Source of the DNA: an uncultured Bacteroidota bacterium
Lineage (GTDB): Bacteria; Bacteroidota; Bacteroidia; JABEUT01
Direction: 5' to 3'
Length of the DNA: 64,000 nucleotides
Assembly (NCBI GenBank): GCA_903916255.1
Contig: CAIWVW010000143.1
Span: forward strand, 12,589-76,588
Under the pieces are notes generated by a model. It was given only the letters and a program-made list of their open reading frames with translations. It did not search any database and was not told where the DNA came from. The translations under genes were made by a program, and so were the position numbers. Positions 1 to 12,000 of this stretch are shown one piece after another. Numbering within the stretch: position 1 is the stretch's first letter; the number at the start of each line of letters is the position of its first letter.

Positions 1-427
<427 letters not shown>

Positions 428-495
428 TCAAAGTTATAAATAAAATAATGATTTTGGAGTAACATGTTATCTATCTGTATATGAACAGATAACAT

Positions 496-1416
496 TTAGG
501 CGTCGGATTTTAATTGCTTATCTACTATTTCGAGGCCTTCTAAAAATGAATGAGGCTTATAACTTAGTTCATTAATAGCCTTATCCAAAATAAAACCCGT
601 TCTGAGCGGCCGTTGGGCAGGCTGCCCAAGTGTAGCTGTTTTAGCCGGGTGAATCAGTGATTTATCAAAGTGCCAGAAATCGGCAACTATATTTACCAAT
701 TCAATAATGCTCATGAAATCTTTTCCCGAAATGTGAAAAACACCTGTCGCACCCTTCATTGCAGCCAAAACGCATGCTTCGGCAAGGTCTTCAGATAAGG
801 TTGGTGTGCGGAACTGGTCATCCACTACATTAATGGATTTACCTTTGGAAAGAGAATCTTTCGCCCAAAGTACAATATTACTCCTGCTCATAAAATCAAC
901 CACACCATATACCAGCACAGTACGTATGATGGTCCATTTCAATCCTGATTTTTCGACTAATTTTTCTGATACATATTTTGATTCGGCATAAACAGAATTA
1001 GGTGGGTAAGGTATGTCGGTTTCCCGGTAGGGACCATTCTTCCCATCAAAAATAAAATCGGTGGAAAGGTGGATAAGGTGTGGGGAGCCGGGCAAAATTT
1101 TCATTGTATTAATTAGGTATTCCACTGCATCTACATTTAATTTCCGGCAAGCTTCCCTCTCTGTTTCGCAGGCATCCACATTCGTCATAGCAGCCGTATT
1201 TATAACCACATCGGGCTTATGTTTCAGCAGAATATCTTTCACGGCTTGTTCATCCGTTACATCCATTGCTTCATATATATAACCCGCCTGATGTTTCAGC
1301 CTGTTTTGCCCTTTGGAAGTAGCAATAACTTCTACATCAGATTGCGGCAGAAGCCTGTAAACAAGCTTCTGTCCTAAAAGCCCGTTTGAACCCGTAATCA
1401 ATATTTTTTTTCTCAT
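496..1416 (-). CDS. RmlD-like extended SDR oxidoreductase (dTDP-4-dehydrorhamnose reductase family)
   Basis: TGSNGLLG, NTAAMTNVDACE, STDFIFDG, YAESK (YxxxK), DDQFRTPT. Confidence 0.85.
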   Translation of the reverse strand: MRKKILITGSNGLLGQKLVYRLLPQSDVEVIATSKGQNRLKHQAGYIYEAMDVTDEQAVKDILLKHKPDVVINTAAMTNVDACETEREACRKLNVDAVEYLINTMKILPGSPHLIHLSTDFIFDGKNGPYRETDIPYPPNSVYAESKYVSEKLVEKSGLKWTIIRTVLVYGVVDFMSRSNIVLWAKDSLSKGKSINVVDDQFRTPTLSEDLAEACVLAAMKGATGVFHISGKDFMSIIELVNIVADFWHFDKSLIHPAKTATLGQPAQRPLRTGFILDKAINELSYKPHSFLEGLEIVDKQLKSDA

Positions 1417-1473
1417 GGTTTGTTTCTGCTGCCAAAATTAACAATTGCCACTATATGGCTGACCTTTTTAAAA

Positions 1474-2640
1474 CTATTCAGCAAGGTTTTCAGCGGAAGA
1501 GCCTTCCTGTAAAGAGAAATTCTTTGTCATCAATTCCCACATAATTTTAATCCAAACCAGCACACACGGAATCACACATACAAAGTTAGGAGTAAAATAT
1601 TTATCCCTGAATGGTTTAGGGAAAACATCGGTTGGTTCTAATACAGTAAACACTAAAACCATAAATAATAATATAGTATTCAATTTATTGGGTGCCTGAA
1701 TAAAGTACCATATTGCCACACCGCAAATAGCTATTATATAACCTGGGGCTTCTGCTTTATGATTAAAGATGATAACCCATATTAATATTGAAGCAAGGAA
1801 TAACATTTGAAATAAATGGTTTGCGTATGCCTTGTACCTTATTAGTGGTAATACCAGAAACACAGCTCCTGCATAAAGTTCTGCATTTTTATTGGTAAGC
1901 CCAAACCATGAATGCATGAGGCCGAAAAAAGATATCCCCAACGAACTGTCGTGGTCATTTTTTAATAGCAGAAACCAGCTTTTATATTCACCTGCTAAAC
2001 CGTAAGGAGATATTACTAATAAAGGAAGAATGAATATCAGTATAAACCACATTACAGAATAACCCAACGCTTTTAGTTTCTCGGGATAAAATAAAAATAG
2101 GGTAAAGGCAACAAGACCGAAAGGTTTTATAAATATGGATAGCACCACAAAAAAAGTCGCCCAAAGCAGCTTTTTCTTTTCAAGGCATATATATGTAATT
2201 ATCAATAATCCTGCCATTATGCAATTACTTTGTGTAGCCACCAAGGATGTGAGTGCTTCTATTAAAATAAAGCCCATTGCAAGGAGCATTCTTTTATCAT
2301 TTCGAAAAGAAAAATTACGGAAGGCGTAAAAAACTACCAGCAGGTTCAAAACATTCCATGCAATAAGCCCCAAAAACTCCGGCAAATAGGCAAATGGCAC
2401 CATGAACATAGCAAATGACGGGGAATACTTGAATAAATCATTGTATTCATTGGGGTATAGAATATAAAGGTCATTATGTTGTAAAAGATGCCGAAAGGAT
2501 TGCCTGAAAATTAAGAAATCGTTGTAATTGGTATGAAATGAACCCTTGTGCGGTGCCAGGTAATACAACCATAATGATAATACAATGGCGATAAGCGATA
2601 CCAGCCCGTAAAACAAATAATTGTTTCGTAATACTTTCAT
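1474..2640 (-). CDS. Multi-pass membrane glycosyltransferase, GT87/DUF2029-like
   Basis: Many TM segments; DLFKYSPSFA, Q-S-N and IKPFG motifs typical of Bacteroidota DUF2029 proteins. Confidence 0.75.
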   Translation of the reverse strand: MKVLRNNYLFYGLVSLIAIVLSLWLYYLAPHKGSFHTNYNDFLIFRQSFRHLLQHNDLYILYPNEYNDLFKYSPSFAMFMVPFAYLPEFLGLIAWNVLNLLVVFYAFRNFSFRNDKRMLLAMGFILIEALTSLVATQSNCIMAGLLIITYICLEKKKLLWATFFVVLSIFIKPFGLVAFTLFLFYPEKLKALGYSVMWFILIFILPLLVISPYGLAGEYKSWFLLLKNDHDSSLGISFFGLMHSWFGLTNKNAELYAGAVFLVLPLIRYKAYANHLFQMLFLASILIWVIIFNHKAEAPGYIIAICGVAIWYFIQAPNKLNTILLFMVLVFTVLEPTDVFPKPFRDKYFTPNFVCVIPCVLVWIKIMWELMTKNFSLQEGSSAENLAE

Positions 2641-2696
2641 AATGGAAGTGATTGGGGTTTGATTATTTGGTGCAAAAATATCCGATTAAACGTTAC

Positions 2697-4073
2697 TTAT
2701 TTACCGATGCAAAATTTTCCGAAAATATTTCCAAGCAAATCATCTGTCGTTATCTCTCCTGTAATTTCTCCAAGATGGTTCAAAGCCGAGCGAATATCAG
2801 ATGCGACAAGTTCTCCCGATAATTTATTTTCAATGCCGGTTTTAGCTTTCTGCAGGTTTTGAAGTGTTGATTTAAGTTCCTCGTAATGACGGATATTACT
2901 TAGTATAACTCCGTCATTAATGTTATTTCCCTGCACAACCGTTTCAAATAGATTTTTCTTTAACACATCAATTCCATAGCCGCTTTTGGCAGATATAAGT
3001 TGCAGCTTCTTTATGTTGCTGAATTTACCTGAATAGATTTTCTTTTCCGCCAGGTCCACTTTATTTGCAACAGGCAGAATTGGAATTTCGCCGTTTGTTT
3101 TGAACTTATCTATATCTTCAATAACTTCACTTGCCGATATATTTTCAGCATCAAAAAGATACATAACTATTGATGCCTCTTCTATTTTCCGCATAGTGCG
3201 CTCCACCCCTTGCTTCTCTATTGTATCTTCGGCTTTACGTATTCCGGCAGTATCAGTCAGTCGAAAGGCAATGCCATTAATCACAAGTGTTTCTTCAATA
3301 GTGTCTCGTGTTGTTCCCGGTATGTCGCTCACTATAGCGCGTTCTTCATTCAGCAAGGTATTTAGCAGAGTCGATTTACCGGCATTAGGCCGGCCGGCTA
3401 TAACCACTGACACTCCATTTTTCAACACATTCCCTAAACGGAAAGATTCACAAAGTCTTTCGATTTTTGTTTGCATTTTATCTAAAAGCCCCAATAATTG
3501 CGGTCTGTTTGCAAACTCGACATCTTCTTCACTAAAGTCCAGTTCCAATTCTATAAGCGAAGCAAAGTGCATTAATTCTTCCCGCAATATTTTAAGTTCA
3601 CCTGAAAACCCGCCGCGCATTTGGTTAATGGCCAAATGATGCGCAGCCTTTGTTTCTGAAGCTATAAGGTCGCTTACGGCCTCCGCTTGCGAAAGGTCGA
3701 AACGGCCATTTAAAAATGCACGCATGGTGAACTCCCCCGGTTTTGCAAGTCGTGCGCCTTTGCTTAAAAGAAGTTGTAAAACCTTTTGTAAAATATAGGG
3801 CGAACCATGACAGGAAATTTCCACCACATCTTCACATGTAAAAGAATGAGGAGCCTTGAAAAGGCCTGCAACAGCTTCGTCCAGCACTTCATCACCGTCT
3901 TTTATTATACCGAAATGCATAGTGTGCCCGGCAGCGCCTGTCAGCTTTATTCCAGGCAGTATTTTTTCACTGATAGGAATTGCCTCAGCCCCTGAAACCC
4001 TTATTACGCCTATAGCCCCTACCCCATTAGGGGTTGATAATGCAACTATTGTATCGCCTGTAACTAAATTCAT
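2697..4073 (-). CDS. mnmE: tRNA modification GTPase MnmE
   Basis: GRPNAGKS, PGTTRD, DTAG, NKVD, C-terminal FCIGK. Confidence 0.98.
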   Translation of the reverse strand: MNLVTGDTIVALSTPNGVGAIGVIRVSGAEAIPISEKILPGIKLTGAAGHTMHFGIIKDGDEVLDEAVAGLFKAPHSFTCEDVVEISCHGSPYILQKVLQLLLSKGARLAKPGEFTMRAFLNGRFDLSQAEAVSDLIASETKAAHHLAINQMRGGFSGELKILREELMHFASLIELELDFSEEDVEFANRPQLLGLLDKMQTKIERLCESFRLGNVLKNGVSVVIAGRPNAGKSTLLNTLLNEERAIVSDIPGTTRDTIEETLVINGIAFRLTDTAGIRKAEDTIEKQGVERTMRKIEEASIVMYLFDAENISASEVIEDIDKFKTNGEIPILPVANKVDLAEKKIYSGKFSNIKKLQLISAKSGYGIDVLKKNLFETVVQGNNINDGVILSNIRHYEELKSTLQNLQKAKTGIENKLSGELVASDIRSALNHLGEITGEITTDDLLGNIFGKFCIGK

Positions 4074-4121
4074 TTTAATATTTCAGCGTAAAAATAGGCA
4101 AATACAAACTAGGGAAAATAA

Positions 4122-4146
4122 AAAAGCGGAGAAAATCTCCGCTTTT
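4122..4146 (-). terminator. Intrinsic terminator downstream of the C10 peptidase gene
   Basis: Perfect 11-bp inverted repeat AAAAGCGGAGA-aaa-TCTCCGCTTTT with a T-rich tail on the minus strand, 25 nt past the stop. Confidence 0.8.
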
Positions 4147-4170
4147 CAAAGTGTTTTTATTGGTATTTTA

Positions 4171-6465
4171 TTATTCTACTGCCAATCTTCCGGTAGAAAT
4201 TGCATCGCCTGTTTCTGAAAAAATTCTATAGATATAAATACCTTTAGATTGTGAGTAAAGGTCTATAGGTGTATTTCCATTTTTCAATGAAGACATATAC
4301 ACTTCCTGACCAAGAACATTATATATTTTTACATATGAATTACCCGAAACATTTGCAAGTCCAATAATAAATTGCCCGTTATTTGGGTTAGGATACACGT
4401 TAACCGATGGCTTTGCAGATAAAGCGGGAACTGAAGTGGGCACACCCAGTATATTTATATTATCGATGTACATGGCTGCACCATTGCCAGAAAGGTTTTC
4501 GAAAGAAAACATTACGTTGGCTGCCCCGGCTATTGCAGGTATATGAATTGTGTCCGTCCTCCAATTATTGCTGGCCGGAACAAAAATACCATTAGCATTT
4601 GTATCAGCCCCGCTGGAAACCATATTTCCGGTGGTACCTAAAGTCATACCACCTTTTTGGTAAACCATATGAAATGTAGCTCCGCAATCGGTAGAGTAAT
4701 AAATTTGAAGTGTATCGCTAAACGCGCTACTGAAAGGAGCATACGCCACATCAAAATAAATTTCCGGTTTTGTTGTATTCGTAAAATTATATTCCGGCGT
4801 ATAGATTTGCTGCCTTTGGCCAATTACATCAACAGCAGGCTTTCCGGGCGGAGTAACCCAAAGGCCGGTATATATAGTATTATAGTCGGCAATCACCTGG
4901 GTGTTGTTAAATACCATGCACTGGGTACTTGCGCCATATCCTCCTACATTATTACTCAATTGCCATGTATAGCTGAAATCATTGGGATTGTTTAGTACCC
5001 ATCCAGCAGGCGGGAAAGTAGCTGACTGGAAATTTTGAACCATTGGCAGTGTTCCCGTCGTAGCCACAGAAATATATGCCTTCCTAACTACTGTATCTGT
5101 TCCATTAATATTGGCAATTATTTCTGTAACATCATAAGTTCCGGGAGTATTATAGGTAACCTTAGGATTAGGGGAAGGAGAAGTGGAAGGGTTTCCTCCC
5201 GGAAAAATCCAGTTGTATGACGTAATTGGAGAATTTGAAATGCTGGAATCCTTGAAATTTACTATTAAGTTTCCGCAACCGAAAGTTGGGGATGCCCCAA
5301 AATAGGCTGCTACAGGAGCGGGTTCTATACCTATTACTGCTTCATCCCACCAATCAAAATTATATCCGCTCACCATTACTGCATTAGGCGCAAAGTAGCC
5401 GTTGCTTGAACCACCCCATCCCCAATTCATATGAAAATTATTATTAACATCATACCCGTCGCAAACCCAAGTGTGCCCTGCATTATTTACTGAGTCGTTT
5501 CCAACATATTGAACTGGCCTGTTATTATTTAATTCATTTTCTATTAAGAGTATCCAGTTTGGCAAGGTGTAATTTGATTTGTAAACACCTTGTATAGTTT
5601 TGGCATTGTATCCAAAATATTTCACATAAGAATTCTGGGAGCAAACAGGGTAGTCCCCGTCAATCACCCATGCTCCACTCTCGTATGTATTATAATTCAT
5701 ACAAACACTCACACCACAATCGTACATCAGTTTTGCAACTTCATTATTCGTACCGGTTACATTATAAGGCATAGCCGACCAAACATAATTGGAAGTATCA
5801 TAATTAGCAGCAAGATACCCGAAATTGCTCCAGAATCCGTCAGCTGATAATTCATAATATCCGCTGTAACCGCGGCCATGTGAAGGATACGACCAATATC
5901 TCATTATTTGTGCCATTGCACAAGCTACGCATCCAGTAACGGAACCTCCGGGGCACATATCATTATAATATGGTGATTGATTCCAAGTACTTTGTGTTAA
6001 TGGCAGCACACTGGACATAGTGACATGCCTTTTAATTTCTGTATTATTGACATACGCATTCCATTCTTCAGCAATATCGTTGGTTGCCGATATACCTTTT
6101 ATTCTTGCCATTTCAATTTCTTGTTTTCGGCAGTTCATCCACCAGGCAACATTATTAGTAGTATTTGCAGGAACTACATATTGCCCTTTATTTGAGTAGC
6201 CAAGTATGGGATGGGCAGCATCTTCACCAGCTACGATAATGAAACCATCATTCGAATTAACATTATAAACATAATACGCAGGCTGCCCGTCTTTTGCATA
6301 TTCCGTGTATATAAGACTCAGGTTCGGAGTTACCGATTTAAAGTTCAAGCCGTAAAAATTAGTGGCAACTATTTTTGCAGTTTGCTGAGAAACGGGATTG
6401 GCACTTATAGAAATGAAGAATGAGCAATTAAGAATTATAAATAAAGCGCCGAGTAATTTTTTCAT
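4171..6465 (-). CDS. C10 family (streptopain-like) cysteine peptidase with prodomain, PKD domain and T9SS C-terminal domain
   Basis: Signal peptide; prodomain GFIIVAGEDAAHPILGYS; WNQSPYYN...TGCVA (catalytic Cys), GHTWVCDGY (His), FHMNWGWGG; PKD WIFPGG...YNTPGTYDV; CTD VYPNP...GIYIY. Confidence 0.92.
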   Translation of the reverse strand: MKKLLGALFIILNCSFFISISANPVSQQTAKIVATNFYGLNFKSVTPNLSLIYTEYAKDGQPAYYVYNVNSNDGFIIVAGEDAAHPILGYSNKGQYVVPANTTNNVAWWMNCRKQEIEMARIKGISATNDIAEEWNAYVNNTEIKRHVTMSSVLPLTQSTWNQSPYYNDMCPGGSVTGCVACAMAQIMRYWSYPSHGRGYSGYYELSADGFWSNFGYLAANYDTSNYVWSAMPYNVTGTNNEVAKLMYDCGVSVCMNYNTYESGAWVIDGDYPVCSQNSYVKYFGYNAKTIQGVYKSNYTLPNWILLIENELNNNRPVQYVGNDSVNNAGHTWVCDGYDVNNNFHMNWGWGGSSNGYFAPNAVMVSGYNFDWWDEAVIGIEPAPVAAYFGASPTFGCGNLIVNFKDSSISNSPITSYNWIFPGGNPSTSPSPNPKVTYNTPGTYDVTEIIANINGTDTVVRKAYISVATTGTLPMVQNFQSATFPPAGWVLNNPNDFSYTWQLSNNVGGYGASTQCMVFNNTQVIADYNTIYTGLWVTPPGKPAVDVIGQRQQIYTPEYNFTNTTKPEIYFDVAYAPFSSAFSDTLQIYYSTDCGATFHMVYQKGGMTLGTTGNMVSSGADTNANGIFVPASNNWRTDTIHIPAIAGAANVMFSFENLSGNGAAMYIDNINILGVPTSVPALSAKPSVNVYPNPNNGQFIIGLANVSGNSYVKIYNVLGQEVYMSSLKNGNTPIDLYSQSKGIYIYRIFSETGDAISTGRLAVE

Positions 6466-6676
6466 ATTTTTTTGTTTTTCTACCGATTACATATTAATCG
6501 ATATACAAATATATGAAAAGAACTGAATATCGGTTTTATTGATAGTTTTCTATGATGGGAGTGGCATCATAATTGCTTCGAATATAAAGGGTATATCTTG
6601 ATATTGGCCATAAATGGAGTTCCTGGTAATAATGCTTTAATCCATTGGAAAAAATTTACAACTGTTTAATAAACCA

Positions 6677-8896
6677 TTATTTGTATTCATAAACAATAAT
6701 TACACCGGAAGTTCCGTTTCCGCCTGCCTGAGCCCCGTTATTACCGCCGCTGGTCCATGTGCTTATAGCTCCGCTACCGCCCGAGCCATAACCGGTTCCG
6801 CTGTTGCCCGCCTTAGAAAGATTAACTATATAAGGAGATACACCACCTTGACCAAGTGGGCCGGAACCTCCGATACCTGAACATACTGCAGGACTGGAGG
6901 AGTTCACATATATAACACCGTTACTTCCCGAATTTCCCGGAATATTAACGGTGCCCCCACCGGCAGTGCCACCCGCCCCGCCGGCATTATAAAATATCCC
7001 TACGGTAGCAGTACAACCGCCACCACCACTACCGCCGCCGGCAGAAACTGTTCCATTGAATGTACTGGAACCACCCGCACTGCCAGGGTTGGCTCCTGCT
7101 ACACCGCCGGTTCCGGCTGCACCTACAGTAACCGGATAAGAGGCTGCCACACTTGCCACATAGTATTCGCAATAACCACCCGCACCGCCGCCGCCACCTG
7201 CCAAAGCATCTTCAATGGATGCAGAAACAGTAGCAGCAACGCCACCACCACCTCCACCTCCTCCAACAATTTTAACAAGTATACTTTTTGTTCCGGCAGA
7301 TGGGGTGTACGTTCCACTGGAAGTTAGAACTACAACATTATTGAGAGCACCAATAGACTGCCATGCCATGCCGGTAGCGGTTTGGGTAAGCACCTGTCCA
7401 TTTGTAGCCGAAGGCGCCAGTGCCTGAATATCTCCGGTTGTATTATTGGTGAACACCAGGCTTGCGGCAGCCGTAGGGGCTGTGACTGTTGAATAGTAAG
7501 TGTTACCTGCTTGAATGGCATCTATTCTAACCGTACTGGTTGTTGATGCCACCTCCAATAATTGGGCAGGTGTAAGAGTACCAATACCAACCTGACCTGT
7601 CTGTCGGATTACCATCCTATTTGCAAATCCGGTATAAAAATCAAGCCCATACTGATTTCCGCCTGCGGTGCGTTTTGAAGCAAGTCCTTCTCCGCTATTT
7701 AAGCCAAATGCTAATCCGTTTCCGGTAGTAAGGTTATTGTCAAGAAATCCGTTATTTACATTTGCCTGGTCAACGTTAAATCCATTAATAACTGAAACCT
7801 GCCCCGGCTGCGTGCCTGAACTCATATTCGCAATGTTCATTGCCAATGCGTAACCTGTATAAAATTGCAGCCCCCATTTTTCATATCCGGTTGAACTATT
7901 CTGATTGCAGGCTATTCCTTGTCCGCTGGAACTTCCAAAAGTTAACCCGTTGCCTGTTGTAAGGGCATTATTAAGAAATCCATTATTCGCATTTGCCTGA
8001 TCAATATTTTGCCCGTTCTCAACACTTACGTTCTGTTGCGGATTAACTGTTCCAATACCCATAAGGCCCGCAGAAGTCCATGTAGTAACTACGCTGCTTG
8101 CGTAGTTGGCAATATTAAAATGATTACCTCCTAAACCATAACTCCCGGCTCCAATGTTCCATAAATTGCTGTTTCCATTGGTAGATGCAGCCACATCACC
8201 AAAAGCAGTTACCCCGCTGATAAATTGCATGCTTGCCTCCCCATTGCTTACCGGGTTCCCAATCTGAATTTGCCCGAAAAAATAGTCTTGGGAGTAAACA
8301 GATAACTTTCCGGTTGTGGTAGCTGAATTTCCGACTTGCAGCATAGTGGTAGGATTAGTATTTGACACCCCTACATTTCCGGTGGCATTGGAAATTCGCA
8401 TCCTTTCAAATCCGTCAGCAGCCATAACAAAATCGGAAGTATTCGTTGTACCAATAAAATTATTATTGGCAGCAGTGCCTATAGCCGAAGAGGAGGCCGT
8501 AATGGCTGCATTCCCCATCACTGTCCATCCAAGTGCAGTACTGCCCGACCCGGTTAGAACTAACTGCCACTTTGTGCCGTCCCAGTAATAATATCCTGGA
8601 ACTACGTTATTGGGTGAAGTACCCGCTGTTGCTGTATTGTAAACAATTAATCCTGCTGATGGTGCAGCAATTGGGGCAGAAGCATTGGTAGCTGTAAGTG
8701 CTGTATAAGGCGCTAAAAAACCCGTTGTTCCATTAGTAAGGTTATTGCTAAGGTCGAGTAATACAGAGGAATTTACGGGTGCCGCACCCGTCGTGTTAAT
8801 TGCTATATTCTGTGCCTTCAGGTCCTTTGCAAAAAGGAGAAGGAGGGGAATCCATAAGTTGCGGATATCTAATCTATTCAAATATCTTAAGTCCAT
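6677..8896 (-). CDS. Secreted fibre/adhesin-like protein with GIGTxxP beta-repeats and a C-terminal glycine-rich domain
   Basis: Signal-like LLLLFAKDLKAQ; AGLIVYNT...GYYYWDGTKW; GNVGVSNTNP, GIGTVNP and GIGTLTP repeats; C-terminal VGGGGGGG...GGNGTSGVIIVYEY. ATG at 8896 preferred over the track's TTG at 8929. Confidence 0.7.
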   Translation of the reverse strand: MDLRYLNRLDIRNLWIPLLLLFAKDLKAQNIAINTTGAAPVNSSVLLDLSNNLTNGTTGFLAPYTALTATNASAPIAAPSAGLIVYNTATAGTSPNNVVPGYYYWDGTKWQLVLTGSGSTALGWTVMGNAAITASSSAIGTAANNNFIGTTNTSDFVMAADGFERMRISNATGNVGVSNTNPTTMLQVGNSATTTGKLSVYSQDYFFGQIQIGNPVSNGEASMQFISGVTAFGDVAASTNGNSNLWNIGAGSYGLGGNHFNIANYASSVVTTWTSAGLMGIGTVNPQQNVSVENGQNIDQANANNGFLNNALTTGNGLTFGSSSGQGIACNQNSSTGYEKWGLQFYTGYALAMNIANMSSGTQPGQVSVINGFNVDQANVNNGFLDNNLTTGNGLAFGLNSGEGLASKRTAGGNQYGLDFYTGFANRMVIRQTGQVGIGTLTPAQLLEVASTTSTVRIDAIQAGNTYYSTVTAPTAAASLVFTNNTTGDIQALAPSATNGQVLTQTATGMAWQSIGALNNVVVLTSSGTYTPSAGTKSILVKIVGGGGGGGGVAATVSASIEDALAGGGGGAGGYCEYYVASVAASYPVTVGAAGTGGVAGANPGSAGGSSTFNGTVSAGGGSGGGGCTATVGIFYNAGGAGGTAGGGTVNIPGNSGSNGVIYVNSSSPAVCSGIGGSGPLGQGGVSPYIVNLSKAGNSGTGYGSGGSGAISTWTSGGNNGAQAGGNGTSGVIIVYEYK

Positions 8897-8973
8897 TTTA
8901 TCTTGCAGGTTAGACAGATTGTTATCCAATTAAAATATTATCGCAAAATTATTCCACAGTACAGTAAGCCCCA

Positions 8974-8993
8974 ATACACATAATGATGTGAAT
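8974..8993. promoter_or_regulatory. Imperfect palindrome, candidate response-regulator operator (copy 1)
   Basis: ATACACATAATGATGTGAAT, 18/20 identical to the palindrome core at 12109-12128. Confidence 0.55.
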
Positions 8994-9040
8994 GGAAAAG
9001 CAAACTGCAATAAACTGCACAGTGCTTAATTATCCTAATA

Positions 9041-12000
9041 TTGCACAAAACTGCAATAGTGTTTAAAAGAATAAAACGCATATATGCCATTTCCCTGCTG
9101 CTTTTATTAAGGTTTATTTCCTATGCCCAGGAAGATATCCGGTTTAACCACCTTACAATAGAGGACGGATTGCCAAGTAATAATATCAATTGCATGCTTC
9201 AGGACAAGCAAGGATATATTTGGTTTGGCACCAAGGGAGGATTAGCAAGATATGATGGGAATAGTATACAGACTTTTGTTCATGCTGAAAACGATTCCGC
9301 TTCCATCTCCAATAATCAGATAGAGTGCCTTTATGAAGATAACCAGAACAACATGTGGATTGGCACTTATTTTGGCCTCAGCAAATACAATTTCTTAAAA
9401 AAGGACTTTACGAATTATTATTTCGATAAGTGGTCAACCAGTATGGAAGCCAGCCTGATTACAAGTATAATGCAGGACAATAAGGGTATGTTATATATTG
9501 CAACCGGTACAGGTATTTTCAAAGCCGACCCTACAAATCCACATTTTACATTAATGAAATCCTTCAGTGAAGACCATTATGGCTTTCTTATACATGGAAT
9601 GACAAGCACTTCGAAAGGAAGAATATTTATTCTGATGGATACAGCCTTGCTTTATTCGGATGATTATTGCAATTCTCTGAAAACAGCTGTTAATTATTCT
9701 ATTAGCGGAAAACTCTATTTTTCCGAACTCTACTATGACAAAAGTGACGAACATTTATGGTTTGGTATTTATGGCCAATCGATAGCTTATGAATTTAATA
9801 CACACACATTTGGAATAAAAAAATATTCTTTGGAATCCTCCTCTTCGTTCAAGGCTAACTATGCAGCCTATGACTTTTGCAGGCTGAACGACTCCATTAT
9901 GCTGGCAGGCTGTCTTTTTGGCCATACCAAAGGTGGTGGCGGAGTAATATTTTTGAATACAAAAAGAGATACCTATTTAAGTTATATTCATCAAATTGAA
10001 AATCCATTCAGTATGTCAAACGGCAATGTATGGTGTTTAATGAAAGACTGTCAAAATACATTTTGGATTGGCACAGATGAAGGCATAAACAATTTCAATT
10101 TGCAACAATTGAATTTTCATTGGACTTCAACTGATAATTGCGGGATAAAGGGGCTGAATGATTTCACCATAGGACAACTTTGCTATAACGGAAATCTATG
10201 GATTGGAGCTTTTGGCGATGGACTTGTTGAGTACAACGTTTCGAACCATACTTTTTCATTGTATAAACCACCCTTATTGCAGGATATAAAAGATAGAGAT
10301 TATGTATTCTCTATGTTTCTGGATAATAATACTATATGGCTTGGCGTTGGAAAGGGAATTATGCGTTTCGATATTACTAACCGCAAGTTTGATACAATGA
10401 AACTAGCAGTTCCCGAACTAAAAGAACTCTATATTTCTTCCACGAGAGGTATAGGTAAGGATAATGAAGGAACTTACTGGTTTGGCACTTATAGTTCCGG
10501 TGTATTCAGTTATAACCCGTCTACAGGAAAAGGGACTAATTATCTTAACAGGAAAATAAATTTTACAACTAAATACAGAAACTATATAAGATGTATGAAT
10601 GTTGATAAGGAAGGGACTAAATGGGTTGGGACTTATGATGATGGTTTTTACCGTATTGATGCAGTTACTAACCGGATTAGCTGGAATATACCTGACGATA
10701 AAAAAGCTGAAGTGATGCAACGGGGATGGATAAATGATATATGTTGTGACTCTGGGGGAAACACATACATTGCCACCCAGGGGGATGGATTGATTATTTA
10801 CGAAGCTAAAACAAAATCATTCCGGACAATGAGAAACCCGAGGTTAACTGAGGATAATAAAATAAATAAAATTGTAGAATATACTAAAGGGCACTTGTGG
10901 CTTGCAACGGGGAAAGGGCTTTCATGCTGGGATTTAAATAACAGTATTTTTCTGAATTATCCTGAAGGAAAGCGATTGGCAAATATGGTTAGTGTTGCCG
11001 GTTGTATCTCGCCTAATGGAATTGTCTATTTTGGAGGAGGAAATGAACTGCTTTATTTTAACCCTGATAAATTAACCGAAACCTCACCATACATACATCC
11101 CGATGTAACCTCCCTGAGTGTAATGAATAAAGACTATATCTCCGATATTAATAAGCCCCTGTCTTTAACCTATAAGGATAATTACGTTTCATTTACATTT
11201 TCTGCATTTGATTTTCTCAATGAAAAAGGAGACCGGTTCGCCTATTACCTGGAAGGGTTTGATAAAGACTGGAATTATTGCAATAACAGGCATTTCGCCA
11301 CCTATACCAATCTGCCCGGAGGAAATTACACTTTTCATTTAAAGGCGCAGAATTCTGCCGGGGAATGGATAGAATCTGCGCATCCGGTTATTATGAATTT
11401 CAGCTCTCCATATTATAAGAAATGGTGGTTCTTCCTGTTGTGCAGTTTAGCCATTTTTATTTTAGGGTACCTTTTATATTATGCACAAATTCAAAGCGAG
11501 TTGGAGGCTGTCAGGCTAAGGGCAAGATTAGCCAGAGATTTGCACGATGACGTGGGCTCCTCACTCAGTTCCATTTCAATTATAAGCAGCATGGCAACAA
11601 AAAAACCTCAACATTCTCCGGAAGATGCGAAAAGGCTATTTACTAAAATATCGGAAACCTCACAAAGAACATTGGATTCAATAAGTGATTTAGTTTGGAC
11701 GTTGGACCCTGAGAACGATTTGATGCAAGATTTGTTTATGCGGATGCGCTTATATACTTCCGAGATACTGGAAGCAAAAGAAATTATGTATGAATTTAAT
11801 GTGGCGCAAGAGACAGAATTGGTTAAAATGACAATGGATAAAAGAAAAAATATTTACCTGATATTTAAAGAAGCTATTAATAACATTGTTAAATATTCTA
11901 AATGCACGCAAGTTCTGATAAATGTGAAACTGGTTAATAATACAATGGAATTCGAAATAGCGGATAATGGAATCGGCTTTACAGAAGGACATACTGAACA

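Noticed and set aside
6677-8929. Prophage or tailocin remnant
   Set aside because: Only one fibre-like gene with a signal-like leader; no capsid, sheath, baseplate or lysis genes nearby.
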